From Sutterellaceae bacterium UBA7131 (GTDB lineage Bacteria; Pseudomonadota; Gammaproteobacteria; Burkholderiales; Burkholderiaceae_F), in NCBI GenBank assembly GCA_002492145.1, contig DKXH01000047.1, forward strand, positions 19,007-83,006: DNA of 64,000 bases, in the 5' to 3' direction. Below, piece after piece: positions 47,620-57,144 of the stretch. Under the pieces are notes generated by a model. The model saw only the letters and a list, made by a program, of their open reading frames with translations. It did not search any database and had not been told where the DNA came from. The translations under genes and the position numbers were made by a program. How positions within the stretch are numbered: the stretch's first letter is position 1; each line of letters opens with the position of its first letter.

Positions 47620-47746
47620 AAGCTCGTGAAATTTAGAATTTGACAGCGTTGTCTCGATGTTATATTTGGTCTTATTGCGGAGAGAAAAAGATCGTTCTAA
47701 TGTTAACGACCTATTGCCCGTCTCGAAGAGTGTCGTCTGCTCTTAA

Positions 47747-48199
47747 TCATCGACGGTATTCCATAACGAAATTTGTAAGCAAAACGCCTCGCCTCTTTAC
47801 TGTTTGTCTTTTTATGACTTTGTAGCCCCGCTTTTCAAAAAACGGTTTTGCGGTGATGGACGCGTGAGTAAAGACGTTTCCTTGGACCGCTCCTTCTAAC
47901 TTATTACAAATAGCAGTTCCTATTCCCATTCTTTGATAATCAGGGCGGACGAATAGCCGATCAAGATAGCCGTTCTCTTCTATATCCCCGAACCCTACGA
48001 TCGTCCGATCGTCAATTGCGACAAAACTAATGTGCTTTTCAAAGTCACGATTCCAGTCCTTTAGATTTCTGGACCTGGGCGCCCAAGCGTCCAATTGCTC
48101 CTTTGAATAATCCTTTGCATTTGCAGTGTGAACTGTAGAGTAAAAAAGTTCTGCAAGGTCAGCACAGTCAGAAGCTTGATATTTTCTAATAAGGAGCAT
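47747..48199 (-). CDS. GNAT-family N-acetyltransferase
   Basis: 150 aa with an acetyl-CoA-binding-like block (RPDYQRMGIGTAI). Visibly AT-richer than its neighbours. Confidence 0.8.
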   Translation of the reverse strand: MLLIRKYQASDCADLAELFYSTVHTANAKDYSKEQLDAWAPRSRNLKDWNRDFEKHISFVAIDDRTIVGFGDIEENGYLDRLFVRPDYQRMGIGTAICNKLEGAVQGNVFTHASITAKPFFEKRGYKVIKRQTVKRRGVLLTNFVMEYRR

Positions 48200-48291
48200 T
48201 GATTGGGTTTTTTATGGTGGATTTGGACGGCGTGGCGACTCCCTAAACACGTACACTGTTGGAGAAAGGAAACCGGAGGGAGAACGGGAAC

Positions 48292-48365
48292 TGGAGCGGG
48301 TGAGGGGAATCGAACCCCCGTCGTAAGCTTGGGAAGCTTCTGCTCTACCATTGAGCTACACCCGC
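48292..48365 (-). tRNA. tRNA-Gly (anticodon CCC)
   Basis: Folded by hand: GCGGGTG acceptor stem, D loop AATGGTA, anticodon loop TTCCCAA, T loop TTCGATT, encoded CCA. 74 nt. Confidence 0.9.
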
Positions 48366-48503
48366 ATTCGATAGAGCAAGATTGTACTCGAAATTTCACA
48401 AATTATTTCAGGCTTCGAAAAGTTCTATTCACGTGCTTTCTCTCATATGGCGCCCACCGCTTATGTGCAAGAATTAAGCAAACTAACTTCAACATCAGAT
48501 CTC

Positions 48504-49253
48504 ATGTCCTCTATTGCTTTGGTTTATTTCTCTCCTACGGGAAACACTAAGAAAGCGGTTTCTTCGATCGGGGAGCTGCCGTGTGTCACTGTCAAGACCT
48601 TCGATATCACAGGCAACGTAGAAGTTCCGGAAACCGATCTCAGCGGTTTTGATTTTGTCGTTTTCGGGGCGCCGGTTTATGCAGGACGAATCCCAGCCTG
48701 CAGCGTAGATCGTTTTGAAAGGATGAAAGGAAGCGGTACTCCTTGTGCGTTAGTGCTTACTTACGGCAATCGGGCTTACGAAGATGCCCCAAGAGAGCTT
48801 GGTGACATTGCTGAGGCTAACGGCTTCAGGATCAAGGGAGTGGCTACAATGGCGTCCCAACATACTTATGGGCAGATCCAGTTAGGTCGTCCGAACAAAG
48901 ACGACATTGCCGAGCTTCAGGAATTCTATTTTCATATGCTGGCCAAAGCTGAGGAGCCTGAGACAGTGATTCCTCCGGGAAATTATCCTTATAAGGTCGT
49001 TGAAACTAAAGCCAAATTTAAACCGACGACCAACGGTAATTGCTTGGCTTGCGGGATGTGTATCAGAGATTGTCCGGTCGGAGCGATCGAAGAAGATATC
49101 AAGACGGTAAACGACAACTGTATCGGTTGTATGCGCTGCGTTAAGAATTGTCCGATGAAAGCGAAGTCGGTTGTTGCAGATGCATTCTCAGATTTTGAAA
49201 AACTCCTCTCGGAACGCCTCAAGAACCGTAAAGAAAACGAATTCTTTGTGTGA
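48504..49253 (+). CDS. Flavodoxin-like protein with a C-terminal 2x[4Fe-4S] ferredoxin domain
   Basis: N-terminus IALVYFSPTGNTKK. Cys motifs CLACGMCIRDCP and CIGCMRCVKNCP. The start is uncertain (track ORF starts at 48447). Confidence 0.75.
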   Translation: MSSIALVYFSPTGNTKKAVSSIGELPCVTVKTFDITGNVEVPETDLSGFDFVVFGAPVYAGRIPACSVDRFERMKGSGTPCALVLTYGNRAYEDAPRELGDIAEANGFRIKGVATMASQHTYGQIQLGRPNKDDIAELQEFYFHMLAKAEEPETVIPPGNYPYKVVETKAKFKPTTNGNCLACGMCIRDCPVGAIEEDIKTVNDNCIGCMRCVKNCPMKAKSVVADAFSDFEKLLSERLKNRKENEFFV

Positions 49254-49318
49254 GGATTGGCGTACCTCAGGCGGCTGAACTTAAGGCCAACTGAGAAGCA
49301 ACTCGGAGAAAAAACAAA

Positions 49319-49344
49319 CCCGGCGTATCGAGAAGAACGCCGAG
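49319..49344. terminator. Hairpin between the convergent flavodoxin-ferredoxin gene and metI
   Basis: A-rich flank, CGGCGT-N10-ACGCCG, then AGTTTGAAATT. Confidence 0.45.
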
Positions 49345-49365
49345 TTTGAAATTGCTGGGGATCGA

Positions 49366-50019
49366 TTAGCGGTGAGAAACTCTTCTGACCATCCAATCGC
49401 CGAAGCTCTGCAGACTTTGGACGAAGACAATCAAAATGATGACAACAGCTGCCATGACTTCAGGCATGAAGCGCTGATATCCGTAACGAATACCCATGTC
49501 GCCTAAACCGCCGCCGCCAACGGCGCCGGCCATAGCGGAGCTGCCGACCAAAGCAACAAAGGCGATGGTGAGGCCGGCAAGGATGCCGGGCATCGCTTCC
49601 GGAAGAAGCACTTTGCAAATAATCTGAGTGTTCGTAGCGCCCATGGACTGAGCAGCTTCAATCAGTCCCTTGTCGACTTCACGCAGACTGGTTTCGACCA
49701 GACGAGCGATGAGCGGAGCAGCGGCAATCGTCAGGGGAACGATAGCAGCAACGGTACCGATGGAAGAGCCGACGATTAAGCGCGTAAACGGAATGATGGC
49801 AACCAAAAGAATGATGAACGGCGTCGAACGCACGGCATTCACAGCAGTGCCGATGATGCGGTTGACGTACGGCTTGGGCATGATGCCTTTGGGAGACGTA
49901 ACGAACAGGAAGACGCCCAAAGGAATACCGATCGCAGCGCCGAGTCCGCCGCTCACGCCGACCATCAGAATGGTTTCAAGGAAAGATTCCCAAAGAAGAT
50001 TGATGATGTTAGATGACAT
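49366..50019 (-). CDS. metI: Methionine ABC transporter permease
   Basis: 217 aa, MetI-like (ETILMVGVSG..., EAAQSMGAT). Confidence 0.88.
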   Translation of the reverse strand: MSSNIINLLWESFLETILMVGVSGGLGAAIGIPLGVFLFVTSPKGIMPKPYVNRIIGTAVNAVRSTPFIILLVAIIPFTRLIVGSSIGTVAAIVPLTIAAAPLIARLVETSLREVDKGLIEAAQSMGATNTQIICKVLLPEAMPGILAGLTIAFVALVGSSAMAGAVGGGGLGDMGIRYGYQRFMPEVMAAVVIILIVFVQSLQSFGDWMVRRVSHR

Positions 50020-51067
50020 TTGTGAGCTCCTCGACGCGAACGCCTCTTTCGGCGATGTAGTTCAATGCCAGATGGAAGTTTTCTGTAGTTCCTTCCATCA
50101 CGATCGTGAGAGTGCCGTAGCTTTCGCTTTGGATCTCATCCACCTGTCCTAAGAGGATGTTGAAGTCCAGATCGAATTTGGAGCAGGCGCGGGAGAGGAC
50201 CGGTTCGGTCGTTGAGCTGCCGACGAACGTCAAACGAATGAGATGATTCTTGCGTCCGTTTTCTCCCGGCGTGTTCAGAACTTTCTTCACACGCTCGACC
50301 ATGCTTGCCGGAATTGTGCGGGCAGCAAGAGCCGTGCCGAGCATCGCCTGAGTAACTTCGTTCTTCGGGTCGCGGAAGACCTCGAGCACGTCGCCTTCTT
50401 CGACAACGACGCCTTTATTCATCACGACGACGCGATTGCAGATCTGTTTCACTACGTCCATTTCGTGCGTGATCATGACGATCGTCAGACCGAGCTCCTT
50501 GTTAATCTTCTTGAGGAGCTGAAGCGTTGCCTGAGTGGTTTCCGGGTCAAGAGCAGAAGTGGCCTCGTCGGAAAGAAGAATCTTCGGATCGGAAGAAAGC
50601 GCACGAGCAATACCGACGCGCTGTTTCTGACCGCCGGAGAGCTGAGACGGATACTTGTTGACGTGTTCGCTTAAGCCGACAAGTTCAATCAGCGGCATTA
50701 CTTTTTCGCGAATCTTATCCTTCGGCATTCCTGCAAGTTCCAGAGGAAGCGCAACATTGCCGTAGACGGTACGGGAGGAGAGCAGATTAAAGTGCTGGAA
50801 GATCATACCGATCGAGCGTCTTTCCTCACGCAGTTCGGATTCCGACATCTTGGTTAGATCCTTGCCGTCGACGATGACGGACCCGGAAGTCGGGCGGTTG
50901 AGAAGGTTGATGCAGCGAACCAGCGTGCTCTTACCGGCGCCGCTTCGGCCGATAATGCCGAAGATATCGCCGGGTTTGATGTGGACGTTTACATCCTTAC
51001 AGGCAAAGAATTTTCCTTTACCGTCAGCAGTATCGTATTCCTGCGTTATGTGTTTTAACTCAATCAT
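50009..51067 (-). CDS. metN: Methionine ABC transporter ATP-binding protein with a NIL domain
   Basis: 352 aa with GRSGAGKST, LSGGQKQRV and a C-terminal NIL domain. 11-nt overlap with metI. Confidence 0.9.
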   Translation of the reverse strand: MIELKHITQEYDTADGKGKFFACKDVNVHIKPGDIFGIIGRSGAGKSTLVRCINLLNRPTSGSVIVDGKDLTKMSESELREERRSIGMIFQHFNLLSSRTVYGNVALPLELAGMPKDKIREKVMPLIELVGLSEHVNKYPSQLSGGQKQRVGIARALSSDPKILLSDEATSALDPETTQATLQLLKKINKELGLTIVMITHEMDVVKQICNRVVVMNKGVVVEEGDVLEVFRDPKNEVTQAMLGTALAARTIPASMVERVKKVLNTPGENGRKNHLIRLTFVGSSTTEPVLSRACSKFDLDFNILLGQVDEIQSESYGTLTIVMEGTTENFHLALNYIAERGVRVEELTNVI

Positions 51068-51472
51068 TTAATTTATATCCCAGGGCGAGGTTCTGACACC
51101 TCGAGGTCCTGCCCTTTCAGCAGGACAAATCATTTCTACGCGGACTTTTCAGTCAATGGGCACAAAGTAATGTCCACGGGAAATTATCCTTGATTCTTTT
51201 TAAAGAATTATTATTTTTCGGAAAATATTTCATTAGTTTTGTTAAAAAGGAAAAGTTTCAATCCTCGGATTTCTTCTCAGAGCCAGCGGGCCCGGAGCTT
51301 ATACGTTTACGAAAGGTTAAACAGTTGTGCCCAAGAGCAAGAAAAAATTGAGAGCAGATAAACGAGAACCGATGAGCTTTCGATCGGAATTCGAAGGAGG
51401 GACAGCATCGGTTCTGCTGAGGTTTCTTTATGGCCGGTACTTTTCGCCGCCCCTTAAAGTGGTCTGAGCAGG

Positions 51473-52834
51473 TTATTTCGAAAGAATATGTTCGGCTGCG
51501 CGACGTCCGCTCCAAACACCATGAGGCGTGCCGGAGTCGTATGTAAGCTCGCCAACCGCATAGAGATTCGGAATTACCTTACCGTCTGCCTTGACGCACT
51601 GCATGAAGTCGTTGACGTCAACACCTCCTACGCTTACCTGTGTACCTGGAAGAATGGCCGAGGCATAGTAAGGAGGTGTAGAGAAGTCGGTCTTCATGTT
51701 GATGCTGCGGCCGAAATCCAGATCTTTGCCGTTGCGAACAAATTCCGCATAACGTTTGATCGTCTTTTCCAAGTTTTCTGGCGGAATGCCGATTTTTTGA
51801 GCGAGCTCAGGGATCGTTTGGGCTTCTACGAAATAGCCGCTCTTCAAGAAGCTTTGAAGGCGTTTGGAGGCTTTCATAGATTTACCGTCAATGATGACGA
51901 AGCTCTTTCCTTCCGGCTGCTCCAGCATTGCTTGGGCCATCTTTGTGTAATCCGGCCAATAGTCATTGCAGAAGCGGTCTCCTTTCAAGTTGACCATGAT
52001 GCCGCCTTCCAGCCGAGCAGCACTCATGGAAACGTTTTTTCCGCCCTGAGAGTGAATAGAAGGGTTAAGGCCGACTTCTCCGGCATTTTTGATGTTCACT
52101 CCGTACTTCTCTGCGAGGATGAGACCGTCACCGGTTGAGCTCACGGCAGTTGTGGTAGGCAAACCTCTCCACTGAGGAGCGTATTTGGAAATCAATTTTT
52201 GGTTCTGATTGAAATTGCCTGTTGCCAGAACTACGTTATCGGCAAATACCTTGTATTTTTCTTTGCCGTTTTCTACAACAACACCTACCGCTCTCCCATC
52301 TCTAATTATTAAGTCAAGAACTTTACTGTTCATCTTCACTGGGATAGAAAGTTCTTTGGCCCTTGCGCTTAATATCTTCATTAACCGTACGCCTAGAGAA
52401 CTTCCGTCGGAAATACCCATTTGATAATCGCTGACCGGACGAGTTAGGCCGGCGCCTAAGCTGTTCAACCAATCAATGGATTTTTGCGAGTCAAACATTC
52501 TTTGTTCTGTACGCGGGAGCATTTCGGAATTTCGGCCGGTTTTCGCTGTTCTTTGGATGTAGTCAGGCACAGATAGCTCTTTACCGTTAGCAACTTGATC
52601 CTTCGTTCCCACAGAAACAAAGTATTGCGCAGCCAAGTTCGTGGTGCCTCCCATGAAAGGCATTTTTTCAAGAACTAAGACATTTTGTTTGTGCTCTTTG
52701 AGCAGGATCGCAGTAGTGAGACCTGAAACACCGCTTCCGACAATGACTGTTCCTGTATGAATGTCTTCAAGCGCAACGGCGTATCCGGGAATAAGAACAG
52801 AGGTCAAAACTGCAGCAATAATCGTTTTATGCAT
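51473..52834 (-). CDS. Periplasmic FAD-dependent reductase (flavocytochrome-c/fumarate-reductase flavoprotein family) with a Sec-type signal
   Basis: 453 aa. Leader MHKTIIAAVLTSVLIPGYAVA has no RR motif. FAD fold VIVGSGVSGL. C-terminal PNLYAVGE. Confidence 0.8.
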   Translation of the reverse strand: MHKTIIAAVLTSVLIPGYAVALEDIHTGTVIVGSGVSGLTTAILLKEHKQNVLVLEKMPFMGGTTNLAAQYFVSVGTKDQVANGKELSVPDYIQRTAKTGRNSEMLPRTEQRMFDSQKSIDWLNSLGAGLTRPVSDYQMGISDGSSLGVRLMKILSARAKELSIPVKMNSKVLDLIIRDGRAVGVVVENGKEKYKVFADNVVLATGNFNQNQKLISKYAPQWRGLPTTTAVSSTGDGLILAEKYGVNIKNAGEVGLNPSIHSQGGKNVSMSAARLEGGIMVNLKGDRFCNDYWPDYTKMAQAMLEQPEGKSFVIIDGKSMKASKRLQSFLKSGYFVEAQTIPELAQKIGIPPENLEKTIKRYAEFVRNGKDLDFGRSINMKTDFSTPPYYASAILPGTQVSVGGVDVNDFMQCVKADGKVIPNLYAVGELTYDSGTPHGVWSGRRAAEHILSK

Positions 52835-52931
52835 GTGATTTCTCCTTGGAAGTTACAGGGATATTCTTATTGAGGAGAAATAGATTGGAAACTTAGAATA
52901 ATTAGAACGAATCGATCGAAAAATTAGAGCT

Positions 52932-53878
52932 ATGAATATCAAACAACTTCAGATCCTAGACGCGGTTGTGCGCCTTGGTTCATACCGTAAAGCAGCCGCT
53001 CAGCTGCGCTGCTCTCAATCGACAATCACATTTCAACTAAAAAACTCGAAGATTCTTTGGGATGTTTTCTTTTCGAGAAAACCGGCCGTCACATGGTTTT
53101 GACACCCGCCGGGCAGGCAGCCCTCAAAGAAGCACAGAAGATATTGGCCAGTCATTCGGTGCTAATGAATCTCAAAGGCTCAAAAGCTTCTCTTACCGGA
53201 AGACTTAAGGTCGGAGTGAATGAAACACTTCTCGAATTCATGCTGATCGACGTGATTAAGGAGTTTCGACTTTTGGCGCCGGAAGTATTCTTTGAAGTAG
53301 AGATTCTGGATGCCTACCGGTTAAAGACGAAAGTGAAGGATTCGGAGGTAGACATCGGGATTACTTTTAATACAGGAGACTATCCGGCTCCGTTGATTGC
53401 TCTGCCTTTGACGGCAAGCCCGCTCGGTCTCTTTGCCTCACCGACATTATCAATAAGCGAAAGTTGTTTCTTCCTTCCCGGTTTAGCGCCGGAACTGCCC
53501 CTCATCACAGGGAGTGTTAAAAGCGGTCCGTATAAAATTTTTAAGCGGTTTTTGGATGGACGCGGTATTCGTTTAGGAAAAACTATGCAAGTGGGTAATG
53601 TGCATATCGTTAAAGCGCTTCTTGAAGGAGGATTGGGCGTCTCCTATCTCCCTAAAATCTGTGTGGAGAAAGAACTTGCTAGAGGATCGCTTGTTGAGGT
53701 ACTGACCGGGCTGGGTGAAATCAACTTAGGCGTACTTCTTCTCAAAAATGCCAACAAAGAGGAATCGGCGGCTGCCAGCCTACTGTCGAAAATGATTCGG
53801 ACGAAACTTTTGGATCCGAATTTAAGAACGAAGGATTTTTTCGAACGAACCTGTCTGATGAAGCGGAAGTTCGAATAA
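52932..53878 (+). pseudogene. LysR-family transcriptional regulator, frameshifted in an A6 tract (53039-53044)
   Basis: The HTH part (MNIKQLQILDAVVRLGSYRKAAAQLRCSQSTITFQLK) is in the frame of 52932 and stops at 53101. The remainder (KKLEDSLGCFLFEKTGRHMVLTPAG...) is in the next frame. One extra A would restore a typical LysR protein. Confidence 0.8.
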
Positions 53879-53919
53879 AAGAAAATGCCCGGAAGTCTTC
53901 CGACTACCGGGCTGAATTC

Positions 53920-53995
53920 TGGTGGGGGCACAGGGATTCGAACTCTGGACCTACGGATTAAGAGTCCGCTGCTCTACCAGCTGAGCTATACCCCC
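53920..53995 (-). tRNA. tRNA-Lys (anticodon CTT)
   Basis: Hand-folded 76-nt cloverleaf with anticodon loop CTCTTAA, T loop TTCGAAT and encoded CCA. One A:C mismatch in the T stem. Confidence 0.85.
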
Positions 53996-54000
53996 ACAAT

Positions 54001-54076
54001 TGGTGGGCTGTGCAGGACTCGAACCTGCGACCAATGGATTAAAAGTCCACTGCTCTACCAACTGAGCTAACAACCC
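54001..54076 (-). tRNA. tRNA-Lys (anticodon TTT)
   Basis: Hand-folded 76-nt cloverleaf with anticodon loop CTTTTAA and encoded CCA. Lies 5 nt from the other tRNA-Lys. Confidence 0.9.
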
Positions 54077-54336
54077 TTTGTTTCGATCTCTGTTTCGCTC
54101 CGAAGCGCGTCTCATCAATCGAGAAGTCGAATACTACACAGGTTTTTTCGGTTCGTCAAACCAAAACTAAAAACAGTGAATTTATGAGACATAAATTGAC
54201 GTATACGCCTTTACTATGACTACAGCAGAAAAATGAGTGAAGAGATTTGATTCGGCCTTGTTAAATTAATTTTTTTCGCTAGTATTAGACAACTTAGGTC
54301 AGTTTCGTCTGATCGGAAAATGATTAGGAAATAAAG

Positions 54337-55440
54337 ATGGCAGAAAAGAAAAAAGTTAAACCGCCCGTTGAACAGCTCGTGGATGCGGATGCTCGTAAAA
54401 AAGCCCTAAAGATGGCCTTGGATCAGATTTCCAAGCAGTTCGGCAAGGATGCGATTCTGAGCATGGGCAGCCAGCCTGACCAAAATCTGGATGTTGTTTC
54501 TACCGGCTCCTTTACTTTGGACTTAGCACTCGGCGTTGGTGGTCTTCCCCGCGGACGTATCGTTGAAATTTACGGACCAGAGTCTTCCGGTAAAACGACT
54601 CTGACGCTTCACATTCTTGCTGAAATGCAGAAGCTCGGCGGAACCTGCGCTTTCATCGACGCAGAACACGCATTAGACGTTAAGTACGCCAAAGCCCTCG
54701 GCGTTAAAGTGGACGACTTGCTCCTGTCTCAGCCGGACAGCGGTGAACAGGCTCTTGAAATTACAGACGCTTTGGTTCGTTCCGGTGCCGTTGACCTCGT
54801 CGTTATCGACTCCGTGGCGGCTTTGGTGCCTCGTTCTGAAATTGAAGGCGACATGGGTGAAGCCCTCCCGGGTCTCCAGGCTCGTTTGATGAGTCAGGCA
54901 CTTCGTAAGCTCACTTCCAGCATTAAGAAGTCCAACACTTTGGTTGTCTTCATTAACCAGGTTCGTCAGAAGATCGGTGTGGTTTACGGTTCTCCGGAAA
55001 CAACCACCGGCGGTAACGCACTGAAGTTCTACGCCACGATTCGTATGGATATTCGCCGTACCGGCGGTATCAAGCAAGGTGATGAAATTCTGGGTAACGA
55101 AACCCGCGTGAAGGTGGTGAAGAACAAAGTTGCGCCTCCTTTCAAACAGGCTGAATTCGAGATCATCTACGGCCAGGGTATTTCCCGCGAAGGTGAAATT
55201 ATCGATATCGGTACCGATATGGATATCTTCAACAAGTCTGGTGCTTGGTACTCTTATCAGGGCAACAAGATCGGTCAGGGCAAGGCAGCCGCCAGAGAAT
55301 GGCTGAAGTCTCATCCTGAAGAAATGAAGATGATTGAAGAACAGATCAAGGCCGCGATCAAGGGCAAAGATCACGAAGAAGATGCTGCCGAAGAGGTCGT
55401 GACCAAAGAAACAGAAGAAACTTACGAAGACGCTCAATAA
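54337..55440 (+). CDS. recA: Recombinase A
   Basis: 367 aa with the motifs GPESSGKTT and [11 protein letters not shown]. Acidic tail. Confidence 0.97.
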   Translation: MAEKKKVKPPVEQLVDADARKKALKMALDQISKQFGKDAILSMGSQPDQNLDVVSTGSFTLDLALGVGGLPRGRIVEIYGPESSGKTTLTLHILAEMQKLGGTCAFIDAEHALDVKYAKALGVKVDDLLLSQPDSGEQALEITDALVRSGAVDLVVIDSVAALVPRSEIEGDMGEALPGLQARLMSQALRKLTSSIKKSNTLVVFINQVRQKIGVVYGSPETTTGGNALKFYATIRMDIRRTGGIKQGDEILGNETRVKVVKNKVAPPFKQAEFEIIYGQGISREGEIIDIGTDMDIFNKSGAWYSYQGNKIGQGKAAAREWLKSHPEEMKMIEEQIKAAIKGKDHEEDAAEEVVTKETEETYEDAQ

Positions 55441-55916
55441 TGTTTGATCCTGCTGATCGCAGAAAGCAGATCTTATATAAGGCGGTAGCAGCTCTCGCAC
55501 GTCGAGAGCGCTCCCGCCTCGGCCTTTATAAGAAACTGTCAGAAACTTTCAACGAAGACGGCGACAAGGAATTGGTCAATTCCGTTCTCGACGAGCTCGT
55601 CAGTAAAAAGTATTTATCCGACGAGCGGTATGCTCGTATCCAGGTTTTGACGCGCAGCGCCAGATACGGCGACCGCAAGCTCTTTTGGAACCTCCAGCGG
55701 GACGGCGTGTCTCGTGAAATCGCTGAAGAGGCTTTGAAGCAGAACGAGGAGTCGGAATATGACCGAGCACTCGTGCTTTGGAAACGAAAATTCGGTGAGC
55801 CGCCCGAGGATTACAAAGAACGCGCAAAGCAAATTCGCTTCCTCGCCAGTAGAGGTTTTACCTTTAAAACCATTGAAAAAGTCTTGAAGTGCGAACTTCC
55901 TGACGAACTCTTTTAA
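55440..55916 (+). CDS. recX: RecA regulator RecX
   Basis: 158 aa. Its start overlaps the recA stop (ATAATG). RecX-like repeats (YLSDERYA). Confidence 0.85.
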   Translation: MFDPADRRKQILYKAVAALARRERSRLGLYKKLSETFNEDGDKELVNSVLDELVSKKYLSDERYARIQVLTRSARYGDRKLFWNLQRDGVSREIAEEALKQNEESEYDRALVLWKRKFGEPPEDYKERAKQIRFLASRGFTFKTIEKVLKCELPDELF

Positions 55917-55976
55917 GACTGTTGTCTGAGATCGTTATACTTTTGTTCACAAACAAAAGTTAACAATTTCACGGCT

Positions 55977-57143
55977 ATGAAAATTCATGAGTATCAAGCA
56001 CGTCAAATTTTGAAGAATTTTGACGTTCCCGTTCCTGTTGCTGGAGTTGCTTCAAGTCCTGAGGAAGCTCGAAAAATTGCCGAAGAAATCGGCGGAAAGA
56101 TTTGGGCAGTTAAATCCCAGATTCATGCCGGCGGCAGAGGTAAGGGCGGCGGTGTAAAACTCGCTCGCAGTCTGGATGACGTCAGCAATCTCTCCCGTCT
56201 TATGATCGGCAGCCGCTTGGTCACCAAGCAGACCGGCCCTGCCGGAGCCCCCGTGAGCAAGGTCCTTGTTCAGCAGGGCCTCAATATCGTTCAGGAGTTC
56301 TATGTCGGTTTCCTCATTGACCGCAAGCTGCAGAAACCGGTTCTTATCGCTTCTGCTGAAGGCGGCATGGAAATTGAAAAAGTTGCCGCCCAATTTCCTG
56401 AAAAAATTATCAAGACGGTTATCGATCCGGTGGCCGGTCTTTCTGTTCCCGAAGCTTTGGAAGTTGCTACTCGTTTGGGAGTTCCTGCCGACATTGCCGG
56501 AGACTGCGCAGAAGTCCTGAGGAAACTGTGGAATACGTTTGTTTCGATGGACTGCTCTTTGCTTGAGATCAATCCGCTTATCGTGACAGCAGATAAAAAG
56601 GTTTATCCGCTTGACGTGAAGATGACGTTCGATGACAACGCACTTTTGCGTCATCCCGAACTTGAAGAACTCCACGATCCTGAGCAGGAAGATCCGACAG
56701 AACTTCGTGCCCATAAGGCCGGTCTTCAGTACATTCAGCTCAACGGCAATATCGCTTGCCTTGTGAACGGCGCCGGTCTAGCCATGGCGACGATGGATAC
56801 GATCAAGCTTTTCGGCGGTGAGCCCGATAACTTCCTTGATATCGGAGGCGGGGCGTCCCCTGAAAAGGTCACGGCAGCTTTTGAAATCATGCTGGCCCAG
56901 CCGGAAGTCAAAGTCATTCTCGTCAATATCTTCGGCGGCATTATGAAGTGCGACGTCATTGCCGAAGGCATTGTCGAAGCCTGCCGACACGTCAAATTAA
57001 CCGTTCCCTTAATCGTCCGTATGAAGGGTACGCACGAAAAAGAAGGCAAAGAGATTCTCAAGAACAGCGGTCTGCCGATTATCTCAGCCGAGTCTTTTGG
57101 CGACGCCGCGAAGAAAGCCGTAGAACTGGCAGCGGAGAAATAA
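55977..57143 (+). CDS. sucC: Succinyl-CoA synthetase beta subunit
   Basis: 388 aa with the N-terminus [12 protein letters not shown]. Confidence 0.96.
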   Translation: MKIHEYQARQILKNFDVPVPVAGVASSPEEARKIAEEIGGKIWAVKSQIHAGGRGKGGGVKLARSLDDVSNLSRLMIGSRLVTKQTGPAGAPVSKVLVQQGLNIVQEFYVGFLIDRKLQKPVLIASAEGGMEIEKVAAQFPEKIIKTVIDPVAGLSVPEALEVATRLGVPADIAGDCAEVLRKLWNTFVSMDCSLLEINPLIVTADKKVYPLDVKMTFDDNALLRHPELEELHDPEQEDPTELRAHKAGLQYIQLNGNIACLVNGAGLAMATMDTIKLFGGEPDNFLDIGGGASPEKVTAAFEIMLAQPEVKVILVNIFGGIMKCDVIAEGIVEACRHVKLTVPLIVRMKGTHEKEGKEILKNSGLPIISAESFGDAAKKAVELAAEK

Positions 57144-57144
57144 C

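Noticed and set aside
51258-51515. 85-aa minus-strand ORF downstream of the second flavoprotein.
   Set aside because: It overlaps the flavoprotein 3' end, has no Shine-Dalgarno sequence or motifs, and lies in the metN upstream region discussed as a structured leader.
53885-54070. 61-aa plus-strand ORF.
   Set aside because: It lies entirely over the two tRNA-Lys genes. The ORFs at 48061-48399 and 48203-48550 were rejected for the same reason, since they overlie tRNA-Gly.
54077-54336. LexA/SOS box upstream of recA.
   Set aside because: I looked for CTGT-N8-ACAG and found only fragments with the wrong spacing (TACTATGACTACAG), so there is no convincing site.
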